Assembly: GCF_006345805.1 (NCBI RefSeq)
Contig: NC_043010.1
Coordinates: 56,978,001 to 57,042,000, forward strand
DNA from: Octopus sinensis
Taxonomy: Eukaryota
DNA: 64,000 nt
Direction of reading: 5' to 3'
The notes beneath the pieces were generated by a model that worked only from the letters and a program-made list of their open reading frames with translations, searched no databases and was not told the DNA's origin. Below are positions 11,661 through 23,412 of the stretch, in pieces (within the stretch, counting starts at the first letter, position 1; each line of letters begins with the position of its first letter). The position numbers and the translations under genes were made by a program.

Positions 11661-13854
11661 ATCCATGCTAGCATGGGAATGTGGACAATAGAACAAAGAT
11701 GGATATAGATATATAGCTATGCACAATGTGTTAGCATAAAGGAAAAATGTAATTGTCACTAAGTGTAACTGAGGGTGTCAACATACCTACATTGCTAATA
11801 ATAGGAGCTAAAATGCTCTAATGCATGGTTGTTCATATTAATTAGTGTTTCATAAATCATCTCATACATTTTTATGGTAAATACACATATGTTGACAGTG
11901 GATTAAGCCTACATACACCTACACACACATACATACAACTGCTCCAATTTTTGCTGTACCACATCTTGCCTTTAAAAAGGATTAAAACCTTGGAAATCTC
12001 TCAGTAAGAAGTGCCACATCTCCCAGCTCTACACCACCAGGCCATCTTAAACACACTCCCTGATGATGCAACACCTGTGCCTACGTTAGCAATACTACAA
12101 GCATCACTGGGCCGAAGACATGATATCATGTTGCTCGGGACTTCTGTTGCATATTGTTTCACTTCATATGTTGTATCATAGGCAAATTTTGTAGTCTCCT
12201 TTATATTGGGGAAACAGGCCAGTACCCTACAAAATGGCTTTTGAAAGCATATTCAAAGCATACCACTACTCTAACTCGTTCATGACCTGGCTCAAGAATT
12301 CGATGTCAGAGTAACTGCTTCTCTCTTTTGCTCCAGTTTCATGATAAACCTATTATGTCAGTCGGTGACTCTGACAGCTTCCTCTGCCACTCGATTATCT
12401 TCTGCTGCTCTACTTCAACAGATACTTTGATCATTTCAGTGACTCTTTCCTGATGGACCAGGTGCTGTCCCTCCTCCCTTCATATTCTTAATTGTGCTTG
12501 CTACGATATTAATGTCCACTTCAATGGCTCATTTCTGTGTGACATCTTCTTCAGGTAGACTCTCACTCGACAACACATTCTCTTCATTTAACAACTTCTC
12601 ATGGCCTATCAGGTGAGGGACTTCTAGGACTCCCCCACCTGAGTAGTGTCAGAATGAGTAAATGTAATGTTATCCCTCTTGATACACTTATCTACAAATA
12701 TGTTTCACTTCTCTTTGCTACTCTGCCTTGCAATCAGGAACACCTCTTTAATTATATAGTCATTGCAGTATATGTGTGCGTGTGTGTATTTGTGCACATG
12801 CTCATAGACACACATGAACAGACACACACACACACACACACACAAGCTTATGAAGAAATTGTTTGAGTTTGATTGAAGAGAAGTACAAAGATTGAGAGAG
12901 ATTGGTTGGAGATTTTGCTGAGTGTCAAAAAATAGATTTATGACAATAGAGGCAAAATAGAGATTGATTGTATCTCACACACAATGTTGTGTGAAGCTTG
13001 CAAGATTAAGCAACATAGGACTTGTAACAGGGCAAAGAATAGGGCAGGTACCCCTAACCCACCCACCCACACGCACTCTTAATCAATCAAAGTCACTTGT
13101 GAGGTAGACAAACATTTTCAGAGGCCTGACTTGCAATCAAATCTGTTGGCCCAAATCAGGTTTTAAGAAGGTCTATTAGCAAAGTCCCATGGCAGTGGCA
13201 ATCAACAAATTCATTTTGTGTTGGCACCCAACATCTGTAAGATCTGAAACACAACTTGCAGATCAGCAACAGGTCTAAAAAGTTAGTGTAGAATCCATGA
13301 CAAAGAGGCAGACCATCTTTAAGGGAGAGGAAGTGTAAAAGGGAGCCATACACAGCAGTTAGTCACCAACCACAAAGCAGCACGTGTGTGTGTGTGCCTA
13401 CATATTGTATATGCATATATTCATTTATTTGAAGTTGGGCTTTCATTTTGTTACTACTCAGACAGTATATGTATGTGTGTAAGCATGAATAATGAATGAT
13501 TTAACAAAAAACTCTGTACACATACAAAAACTCAAAACTGTATAGTGTAATGAGTAAATTAAACTACTCTGTATTTCTTTCTGTGCCACCATTATAAAGA
13601 ATAATACATCTACGCATCAGATGAGAACATAGCTGCCTCCTCCTAATCATTTGTATCCCTGCTTTCCAGTATGTTGAATGGATTGTTATGATGTGATTTC
13701 AGCTTGTATTTAGAGTTACTGACTCTCTACAGATGTCTCAGTATTCGTTTCCCCTGTTGTCTGCTGTAATGAGGCTCTGTTAAAATAATATTAATGCATG
13801 TTGTCTGCTGTGTTGTCAATTGATAAAATGTTTGCCTCTCATCTTGTGTTGTAG

Positions 13855-13974
13855 GTAGTAGCACGGGTAACACTACCAGGTTATGTCAGGTGTGTGATGA
13901 CAATGCTTCAGGATTTCATTATGGTGTATGGTCTTGTGAAGGTTGTAAAGCTTTCTTTAAACGAAGTATTCAAG
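13855..13974 (+). CDS. ER: Estrogen receptor exon: first zinc finger of the DNA-binding domain (first visible coding exon)
   Basis: TTGTAG acceptor ends at 13854 and G|GTAAGT donor starts at 13975. Translation [41 protein letters not shown] contains the ER-type P-box CEGCKA. 120 nt, phase 1 at both ends. Confidence 0.97.
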
Positions 13975-14328
13975 GTAAGTGATTTGCTTTCTCATTCTTG
14001 GTTCTACTTTTTGCTAGAGTAATTGTCTTTGATGTGGTTGTGATACAATTAGTGTCTGACTTGTGGCAGAATTGTTTTCCAATGTGATCTGAGGAACAGA
14101 CCAGAATCTAGTCATGATTAAAAAATGTTGAAGAAGATCCCTTAGGGCTAGTTCTTCGTTTAGATTGGAATTTATTGTTGATTTAGGAGTCACTGAACTC
14201 CTTTGGTTGGTTCATCTGCTGGACTAACAAACAAGAACTATCTCTACCTATTTGCTTGTAAACCTGTAACTGTTCTCAACGTTGGACAACGACATTGTTA
14301 CTGGGCATTCACTAAGAATAGTCATATA

Positions 14329-14844
14329 CAAGGTCTGATCAAAAAGTATCAGGACTGGTGCTACATCCCTCTTCTGAAGCCACACACTTTATCTAGCGTT
14401 GTTTCCATTGATGGACGCTTTTTTTGGAGCTCCTCGTTTGGGATAGTGAGCAGGTGCTTCTTGGATTTTCTTAATGTCTTGAAATCTTATTGGGGTCTTC
14501 TGCTATGAAGACCCATGATTCCTCACCTGTTGTAACTGTTTTCAAATAGTTTTTGTCTTCCTAACACGATCAACGAGATTCTGCACAGCTGAAACCTGAT
14601 TTTCTTTTGGAGACGATCACACTCTACACACTTTACTTCCAAACACTCTACACACTTTACTTCCAAACACTCTACACACTTTACTTCCAAACACTTCTAC
14701 AAACAACGGAAGTGAGTGAGGACGTTATAACTGAGTGTGTTTCCACGACAGAGTTGAAGGTCAGATGGTGCCAAACAGCTTCACTCTGTGGACTTTATCT
14801 TCATTACCATTACAACAGTCCTCATACTTTTCGGTCAGAACTTA
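14329..14844 (-). mobile_element. Internally deleted mariner element with both TIRs and TA target duplication (ER intron)
   Basis: Left end TA-CAAGGTCTGATCAAAAAGTATCAGGACTGG; right end reverse complement TA-TAAGTTCTGACCGAAAAGTATGAGGACTGT. Internal TVTTGEESWV resembles the mariner IVTGDESW motif. Includes a 3 x 24-bp tandem repeat at 14621-14692. Confidence 0.8.
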
Positions 14845-14939
14845 TATATTGGCCCATCCCATAAATAATGCAGTTTTTTTTATACTTCCTTTCTTTTTCA
14901 AAATTAAGATGAACTAAGTTCTTTTTTCATCTAAATGAT

Positions 14940-15800
14940 ACTCTCCTTCATTTTCTACACTGTTCTTCCATCTGTCTGGTAGACTTGCAAGGCCTCTCTT
15001 CCAAAATTAAAATTCACTTGTCTGTGACATAAAATACTATTCTGACCTTGTCTACAAAATTCATATTTTTTTCCATCCAAATGGTTTTAAAGATTGCAGA
15101 ATAAATGATAATCAAATGGGGCAATGTCCAGTGAATATGGTGGGTGGGGCATCGTTTCCCATTCAAACTGTTCCAGCCTTTGGAATGTCATCCTCATTGT
15201 ATGTGGCCAAACATTATCCTGATGGAAGAACACCTTTCATCTTGAAACCAAAGATGATTGTTTTCCCATGGCACGCAGGTGTCAATGAATGGTGGAATGA
15301 CCAAATCCAAGCTTCTCTGCTAGTTCCTCAACAGTTACGATGGGGTTTTTTCCCACCAGGGTTTGCAGGATGTCCTCGTCAAGCTCTGCAGTTATTCGAG
15401 GACAAGGCTCATCTTCTAGGCTGTAGTTTCTGGAACCACCGTTGACACTGGCTGATGCTTATTGTCCGATCCCCATATACTGCATTAATATTCCTTGCAC
15501 TTTCCGTTGTGTTGTTGCTTTTATGGAACTCCTAAAGCAAAATATACCGAATGTGCTCGTTTGTCACTTCCATTATAACTTTGAAAAAATAATTGTTAAA
15601 ATCGAACTACACTCTTCAAAACTTGCACTAAGAATAAGCACAAGGTAAAATTACTACCTGCTTTTGTAGCAAGTTGATGCAGGTAGTTTATCCTGCCCCT
15701 TCCGACTTTTATTTCATGCAATTGAAAAAAGCTATTATTTATGGGATGATCCAATACATATATATAACTTATCATATACCTATCACATTGTACCGGAATA
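14940..15800 (-). mobile_element. Degenerate mariner (DD34D-type) transposase relic with internal deletion
   Basis: Minus strand gives MEVTNEHIRYILL*EF..., ARNINAVYGD...QCQRWFQK, TVEELAEKLGFGHSTIH, then QDNVWPH and PHPPYSLDIAPFDYHLF. Confidence 0.85.
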
Positions 15801-16092
15801 TGGGGAAAAGTACTCTTTATGGATATAGAATATAGAATAATTATGCCATCCCACAATATTAAACATTAATTAACTTTATGCAAAAGAGGAAACAACTCTT
15901 CTATGCCATAGTAATGACCTGAAAATAATATGGTAATGCTGTTAGTGAATTGTACTTTTGATGTTTAGTGGGGCAAGCAGAATTTTGTTTGAACTTGATT
16001 ATTTAATTCTTTATTATTTCACCTTTTTTTCTGATTTCATTGTGGAATATTTTTTCTGCAGTTGTTGACATTTTCTATTTATTTATGTTTAG

Positions 16093-16206
16093 GTCCAGTT
16101 GATTATGTGTGTCCTGCCACCAACAGCTGTACAATTGATAAACATCGACGTAAGAGTTGCCAAGCTTGTCGCTTACGCAAATGTTATGAAGTGGGCATGA
16201 ATAAAG
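16093..16206 (+). CDS. ER: Estrogen receptor exon: second zinc finger
   Basis: TTTAG acceptor and G|GTAAG donor. Translation [39 protein letters not shown]. 114 nt, phases match the neighbouring exons. Confidence 0.97.
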
Positions 16207-16989
16207 GTAAGATTGTCAGCCCCAACGGATGCTTCTGTTTGTTGGTTAGTAGAGACCCCTTTTCCTTCTGTTCTCTTAACTTCACAACAACGATAGTTTG
16301 TTGATGCAATTGAAGCATTCTATTGTTTTGGAAAGATAATGGATTACAAGACACACACACACACACACCCTGACCTGCCCAGCCAACAGGGCAGTATCAT
16401 TCAAAAGCTTAAACAGCATAAGGTGGTGCATGCATTGTGATCAGTGGTGTGCAGCAATATCTAATAGTTTGGTCAATACAGTTTGATATGTGTGTATGTG
16501 TTACACGTAAATGTTTGTGTGTGCGTCTATTTCCGTGTGTCTTAACGCTGACACGGTTTGGATGACATACATCTGTAAACAATATCTTGTCATTTGGGGT
16601 GTTTGTCAGTTTCAACATGTGAAGACCTGTGGAATAAAAGTACCTCACTTAAAAAACAGGCAAGAGTTGCTTACAGGAAGGGTATCTGTCTTGTATATAA
16701 ATGTGTGCATGTATATATTGGCCAGTGATGATGATGATATATATAAATATTTGTGTGTTGTGAAGCATTGAAAAAATTTAAAATAAGCCAAAGATTGACA
16801 AGTTTCTCTGGTGTTATGTCCAGTCTACATAAACCAACACTTGGCTTGGTTCTTAGGGGTGACTTTGTCCACACCTTTTTCAATATTAGGGGCATTTACT
16901 TATCATCATCATCACCATGGCGGCATCATCACTATATTTGCATGGCTCAGCTGTGATTTGAGGATCTTCACTACTTCTCGTACAAGAGT

Positions 16990-17690
16990 CGCAAGGGACA
17001 AATTCTGACAGCCACAGTCAAGGCGAGCCACTTGACAGGGGCAAAGCAGCTCCTGAACAATCTCCGGCATCCTGTTGAGCTTTTCTCAGATGAAAAGAAC
17101 TGCCAGGACCAGTTGCCCAACACCCAGAACAACAGATGGCTTGCTTACAATCCATGTGAGGCCCCATGTATCATGGAAACCAAGTTCCCCTAAACTGTGA
17201 TGGTCTTTGGATGTGTTTCCAGGGAGGATGACATCGTGCCACCCTACATCTTTGAACAGGGTTTTATGTTTAATTCAGACAGTTATGTGGAGCTACTGGA
17301 GAGGCTTTGCTGTTGGAAGGTTGTATGTGTGGCAGCAGGATTCGGTTCTTTGCCATACATCGGGAAAATATTAATACCCTGGATTACTATCTCTAGGGAG
17401 TGCTTGAGAAAGACACCGATTGCTCTACATGCAACCCCAAAGCCAAGCTGGTGGCGAAGATCAAGGAAGTGTTCAAAAATCTTCCCAGAGATACAGGAAC
17501 ACATTCAAAGATTTTCCCAGGGACACAGTGAAGAATGCATCAGGTGCTCAAGCCATCTTGAAGCTGTGGTGGAAGCTGAGGGTATCTTTTAGTAATCTAA
17601 TTGATTGTCTTTGATTTTTTTTTAAATACTTTTATTTTGGGAAGGGATCTTTTAAGCAAACTGTCAGATTTAGCCAAGACACCTTGTATA
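16990..17690 (+). mobile_element. Tc1/mariner-superfamily (maT/DD37D-like) transposon relic
   Basis: FSDEKN, MVFGCVSREDDIVPPYIFEQG and PLDY remnants; terminal CACCTTGTA. Same family as the copies at 58793 and 60860. Confidence 0.75.
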
Positions 17691-17921
17691 CACACATCTA
17701 TCAATCTGTGTGTGTGTGTGTGTGTATAGAATAAGAGAAGTGAGGTGAGTGAGTACGTTTATTCCATTTTTTACGGCTGTTTTATAATCTTGTTATATAG
17801 TAGATGTCACATCAACACATATATAAATTATACATATACACACAAAGGTGTATACTACATATATAGGTTGTATATATATATATATATATATCTGCATATA
17901 TATTGTTGCTTTGATTTGCAG

Positions 17922-18034
17922 GTAGCCAAAGGAAGGAGAGAAAAAACAGTTCCAACCAAACTAAAGTAAAACGAAGCAGTGCCGACTTCTCAGATTCAAC
18001 AGTGAATTCAACCAGTGGAAACCAACCAGCAAAG
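17922..18034 (+). CDS. ER: Estrogen receptor exon: basic C-terminal extension/hinge
   Basis: TTTGCAG acceptor. Translation GSQRKERKNSSNQTKVKRSSADFSDSTVNSTSGNQPAK ends at a weak AAG|GTTTAC donor. 113 nt links phase 1 to the phase 0 start of the next exon. Confidence 0.85.
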
Positions 18035-18274
18035 GTTTACTTCTTAATCCTCGCTTTCTCTGTGCTGTTGTAGAGTGTGTGCATGTGATGTGCAGTGAGG
18101 AGCTGCTGTGTTGTTGGCTCACCATTCTATCGTACTTCAGTGAAATGTTATAATACCATCTATTTTAGTCCATGTGGTAGTGTTTATATTATTCAATGTA
18201 CAGCCATATAAGCAACAAATCCATATAACTGGTGGATGTATATAACCAAATAGAATTATTCAATGAACAGATCC

Positions 18275-19255
18275 AATGGTTTGCTGTCTGACGTCTCCAG
18301 TGCGAGCAGTGGCGTGCCTCAAAGTTCAGTGCTTGGGCCCTTATTATTTTTAGTCTTCATAAATGACTTGCCCGACGACCTCACGCAACACACCCCTCTA
18401 TTTGCCGATGATGTCAAACTGGTCGCTCCTCGTGGTGATATAGAGGATCTTCGTCAATGCCTCCACTAAGTTTGGAGATGGTCTAACGAATGGGACCTGT
18501 GTTTGAACGTGTCAAAGTGCTGTTATCTGCCTGTTGGCTCCTCTCCTGCAACTCAACTTGATTTCGAGCCGGGTTGTCTGCTGCTGGAGAGGACCGACCA
18601 GGTAAAGGACCTGGGTATCTTGGTGGATTCTTCCTTTTCGCCTTCGGCCCAGTGCGTCCATGCTGCCAACAAAGCACGTGGAGTTCTGATTTTGATTCGA
18701 CAGTTATTCGGAATGCTCACAGCAGCCATATTCCTACCGCTCCATGTCACGCTGGTGAGACCCATATTGGAGTACGGGATTCAAGCCTCTTCTCCTTATC
18801 ACCTCAAAGACATACATCATCTCGAAAGAGTCCAGAAGCTGGCTACCCGCATGGTTCTTGATCTCAAGCATTTGTCTTATGAAGAAAGGCTGAAGACGCT
18901 CGACCGTGGTGATCTCATTCTTGCTCACAACATCATAAGGGGAAAGTGTAACCTCTCGAAAGAGCTGTTCTTCACTCCTGCTCCAGAGCGTGGGCTGCAG
19001 GGTCACTCCGAAAAGCTCTTTCTGCGACGATTTCATCTCAATCGAAGGAGTGGGGCTTTCTCCGTCCGGGTTGCAGATCCGTGGAATAAGCTGCCGGACG
19101 AGATAGTAAAGATGCCGACGACCGCTCGGTTCAAAGTCTCTCTTGACCAGAAATGGCCTGAACTCTTTGTATGAACACCCTCCCTGTACATAACTCCATG
19201 TCCCCCTACATGGCCTTGCTTTTTGCTTTTTGAGCCAAAAAATTAACTTGACTTA
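18275..19255 (+). mobile_element. 5'-truncated CR1-type LINE (RT plus 3' region) in the ER hinge intron
   Basis: [40 protein letters not shown]...YEERL and RVADPWNKLP all lie in one frame, broken by a TAA at 18467. Confidence 0.92.
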
Positions 19256-19443
19256 TACAACCAATAAATCCATCTTTCCCTATAGATTCATATAACAATA
19301 AAACCCGCTGACCTTATACATCCATGTGACTCAAAGATCCTACCAAATAGATATAAGCAAGTTAACCTAAACCTTGTCCCTTAATTGCCATCACATACTG
19401 TGTTTAGTAAAATACTTTCAACTTTATCTTGTTTCTATTTCAG

Positions 19444-19624
19444 AGTCAGCGTTTATCAAAGTCTTCCTCTTTGGTTGAAGAACTCTCCAAGAATGATTTT
19501 GCCGTCCCTGAATGCAAGCTGAATCCCAGTATTCCTCTGACCAAAAATTATATTTTACAGCTTCTGATCCAGGTTGCAGATAAAGATTTAGTTCAGTTGA
19601 TAAACTGGGCCAAACACATACCTG
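19444..19624 (+). CDS. ER: Estrogen receptor exon: end of hinge and LBD helices 1-3
   Basis: Polypyrimidine tract plus TTTCAG acceptor, G|GTGAGT donor. Translation SQRLSKSSSLVEELSKNDF...ILQLLIQVADKDLVQLINWAKHIPG matches the ER helix 3 signature (human LADRELVHMINWAKRVPG). Confidence 0.95.
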
Positions 19625-21127
19625 GTGAGTTGATGTTTGGTTACATTCACCACAACAGACAGTGTCAGTGTTTGCCAACATAGGACATGGGATCCTTCAA
19701 TATTCCTTCTTCATCAGAATTGGCTGTGAAAGATCCAGTTATTTGGCTTGGAATTTTACTGAAGTCAAAACTTGTCTCAGTGTTTTTGCTGTGAGTTCAT
19801 TCCCGATTCAAGGAGAGTGAAAAAGATACTAAAGAAGGGCATCTTTTATCTTTTATTTGTTTCAGTCATTAGAGTGTGGCCATGCTGGGGCACTGCTTTG
19901 AAGAATTTCTAGATGAAGGAATCAAGCCCAGAACTTACATTTTTTGTAAGCTTTGTAATTATTGTATTGGATGCTTTTGCTAAACTGCTAAGTTACAGGG
20001 ACAAACACAGACAAAAAAAACATACACACACACTACTATAGCCTGAGGCTATAGTAGAAGATACGTGCCATAGGTTCCACATAGTGGGAACTGAAGCCAG
20101 ATGGTTGAGAGACAAACTTCACACAGCCACAGACGAGCCTACGCAGCTAGACATGATAAAATGAACAGGAATATATGCTGAGTTACTATAGAAATGTGTT
20201 GGTACTTTAGCCATGTTGTTACTACCTATGAAATTAGCACTGGAATAATTTTGTGTCATCCAGAAGACTGTAATTGGGTCCTGTTTCTTTCATTTTGAAT
20301 ATTGCCATTGCATTCTCTTTCTAGAATAAATTAGCCACATGGTTTTGTTTATTGTATTTTTATTGACTCAGCCAAATTCTTCAAACATGGATTTGTTACT
20401 CCACAATCTGAAGCTGGCATCCAATTATTTTAAAAAGGTAAAATTTATAGATATTTTACAAAGAGTTATGTAAAAGTATCCCCAAATTTGAAGAAGACAA
20501 CATTCACATTTAAGCACCCGTGTGGTACAAGAGAAATCTGGTGCTTTCTCTAAATGGATTTACTGCTACATTACAGCTGTATTTTAGGGTATATATATGA
20601 GAGATTTTAGGCGAGTTGCTAACGAGAGGTTTAATACATGACAATTGCAAAGCTGCTCTGTGCAGACAATAGTATTGCCTGTAGGCTGTGTGGCTTTGCC
20701 ATTGCAGAATTGATTCAGTGCACATCAAAATGGTATCCACTTGTGTTCATTTCACAAAATTCAATTATTTTGACCACTAAAGATTTCTGTCAGGGCAGAC
20801 CAAAATACATTGGTCATGTTGACAAAGAGTATGGAGTGAACTTATACAGCCTTAAAGCCATTTTTATAGAATGCTTGGACTCTCTACTTCCAGGCAGTAG
20901 CTTTGAATATATAAAATCTTTTGACCCAAAGCATCAAATCTTCCTTTCAGTGGTTAGGCAAAATTGAAAGAAATGATGATCATAGCTGACCCCCCCCCCC
21001 CTAATTTACCTCTTTACAAGACTCAGTGACAACCAAAGATGTGCTGATAGATTTTACTTCTTTTGTTAAAATTTCATAACTAGAAATGACATGAAATGGA
21101 TGTTATGCATGATTAATCAGTATTATC

Positions 21128-21166
<39 letters not shown>

Positions 21167-21291
21167 TATATCTTGCTTTATATAACTAAGATCTCTACCT
21201 TTATAAACCTCTAATAATCATTAGTATAACAAAATTATTTTCCCTACTTTGACTAACTTTAGTTTTTTTTTTTTTGTTTCTCTTTCAATAG

Positions 21292-21433
21292 GTTATGCTG
21301 ATTTATCTTTGTCTGACCAAGTACATCTTATAGAATGCTGTTGGATGGAGTTAGTGTTACTTAACTGTGCATATCGTTCCATGGAATATGAGGGGAAACG
21401 GCTTGCCTTTGCCTCAAATCTAATCTTAGAAAA
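21292..21433 (+). CDS. ER: Estrogen receptor exon: LBD helices 4-5 and beta-turn (3' boundary non-canonical)
   Basis: T-rich tract plus AATAG acceptor. Translation GYADLSLSDQVHLIECCWMELVLLNCAYRSMEYEGKRLAFASNLILE(K). The next exon starts in phase 2, which forces the boundary after GAA AA at 21433, where the intron reads TTAAGTAT rather than GTAAGTAT. Confidence 0.9.
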
Positions 21434-22274
21434 TTAAGTATCTTATTTGTTCTTTAAAATGTTTCCAGTTTTAAAATTGAGTCTAGCATTCAGATGACTT
21501 TGTTGGATGTAATGTTTATTTATTCACATTGTTTAGAATTAATCTTGTGTTCTCTTTTAATTCAACATTTGGTGATGTGATTGTTTACTTTTAGAATGAC
21601 ATTGTAGGACAGGTGTGAGAGGCTGGATCTGGTCATTTTAAACCAGATTCAGAAACATTTTGGGCCCCGATATGGTCAGCTCAAATGCTTAATGGGTAAA
21701 TTTAGCATTCCCTATTTGATGGCATATCTACCATTGCATGTTAGATTGTCTGGGATACACCTTACTGACTTTCTTCTTCTCACTGAAGTAGATATCTAAC
21801 TTTAAGAGAGAGAGAGAGAGAGGGAGATGATGTGGTTCGAGGTAATGAACCATTGGATTCAAGTTCAAACAGCTTACTTTGCATGAGTCATCCTCCTTTA
21901 TATTGTCACCTACTGGCTTGTGATGTCTGTTTAGGGTTAGTGGTGAGGTGTTTGTTTGTGTGTGTGTGTGTGATGTTTATTGTGGGTTGACAGTGAAAGG
22001 TAAAGTGAGAATGTAATGTTTGATCCAGATATATCGCATATTTGTGAAATCTATGAACAACTGGAAGAGAAATTCAGCCCCCTTTTCATCCTGTGAACAA
22101 TGACAACAAAATGCAGCACAGTATTGAATTCTATATTGGTTATGGCCACCACTGTATGATAGGTTGATAAAGATGGAATTGGACTTGAGGGGGGGAGTTT
22201 ACTATTCAAAAGTTTCCTACGTTTGTCTGAGTTGTCTATTTTCATTGTGATGATTATTTCCATTCTTGTTTCAG

Positions 22275-22405
22275 GCACCACTGGGAGATTCTAGGAATGA
22301 CCCAGATCTTGGAACAAGTAGCAGCTGTCAGTGAGCAACTCTTACAGTTTGGTATTAATCGAGAAGAATTGTTATTACTTGAAGCTACTATCTTAGTAAA
22401 TGCAG
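22275..22405 (+). CDS. ER: Estrogen receptor exon: LBD helices 7-8
   Basis: TTTCAG acceptor and G|GTATGT donor. Translation (K)HHWEILGMTQILEQVAAVSEQLLQFGINREELLLLEATILVNA. 131 nt. Confidence 0.93.
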
Positions 22406-22629
22406 GTATGTTGGTGACTTTACATGATTACTAACTCAGAACCAACCCATTCTATTACATTATTAATGTAATTTATCTGACATACATGTGGCCTGCTCTG
22501 TCTGACGGCTGTCCTACATTACAGACATATTGTACAACACCTCAAACCTACCATAAAAATGCCCATCACACATAATGTTAGATATACTGTATGACACTTC
22601 AGAAATACTGTTCACACATCACTCATGTG

Positions 22630-22930
22630 TCATATAGTATGTCTAATGTATGTCCTACACTATGCCTGATGTGTTGTACAGTGCCTTTGATATGTGTCCT
22701 ACAGTATGTCTGATGTGCTTGTGCAGTCTGTCTGGTGTGTGTTGTACAGTATGTCTGACAAGTAGAGTGCTTGATGTATGGACACATGTCACACATAGGG
22801 CAAGAGTTACAGAAGACATACTCTACAGTACATGTCAGACAGTATGACTGACGTGTTCTATCATATGTCTTCGATTTTCTACAGCATGCTCTATGTTGTA
22901 TAGTATGTCCGATGTGTATTGTACATTAAA
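22630..22930. repeat. Degenerate ~22-bp minisatellite in the last ER intron
   Basis: Repeated TATGTCTGATGTGTTGTACAG-like units. Confidence 0.55.
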
Positions 22931-22987
22931 TTCCTGTTCAGTAATTCTTTTATTTTTTAATGAGAAATTGTTTTCTTTCTTCTGCAG

Positions 22988-23283
22988 AGGTGCGACGATT
23001 GGCTGGTTTTAGTAAAATTGATGACATCCGGCAAATCATTTTAAATGCATTGATTGACACTGCCCAGAAGTATCACCCAGATAACCCGCGGCATGTTCCG
23101 TCCGCCCTACTGCTGCTCAGTCATGTACGTCAAGCCTCTGATCGTAGCATCATTTACCTACAGAAACAGAAAGACGAAGGTCATGTGACATTTTGCGAAC
23201 TGATAACTGAGATGCTAGAAGCACAGAACAGTTCTAACGATATTGTAGCACCGAGAGCGGATGTGATTGGGATGGGCACCTGA
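22988..23283 (+). CDS. ER: Estrogen receptor terminal coding exon: LBD helices 9-12 (AF-2) and short F domain
   Basis: TCTGCAG acceptor. Translation EVRRLAGFSKIDDIRQIILNALID...LLLLSHVRQASDRSIIYLQKQKDEGHVTFCELITEMLEAQ...GMGT, with TGA at 23281-23283. AF-2 core ELITEMLEA corresponds to human DLLLEMLDA. Confidence 0.96.
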
Positions 23284-23346
23284 GGAGGAGGAGGAGTGTT
23301 GCTACTAAACAATCTAGGAATGTGTGTTTGTGTGTGTGTGTGTTTA

Positions 23347-23412
<66 letters not shown>

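Noticed and set aside
21438-21446. GTATCTTA as a U12-type donor rescuing the TT site
   Set aside because: It is only a partial match to GTATCCTT, and using it leaves the in-frame TAA (21435-21437) in the mRNA. An AT-AC reading also fails at the acceptor.
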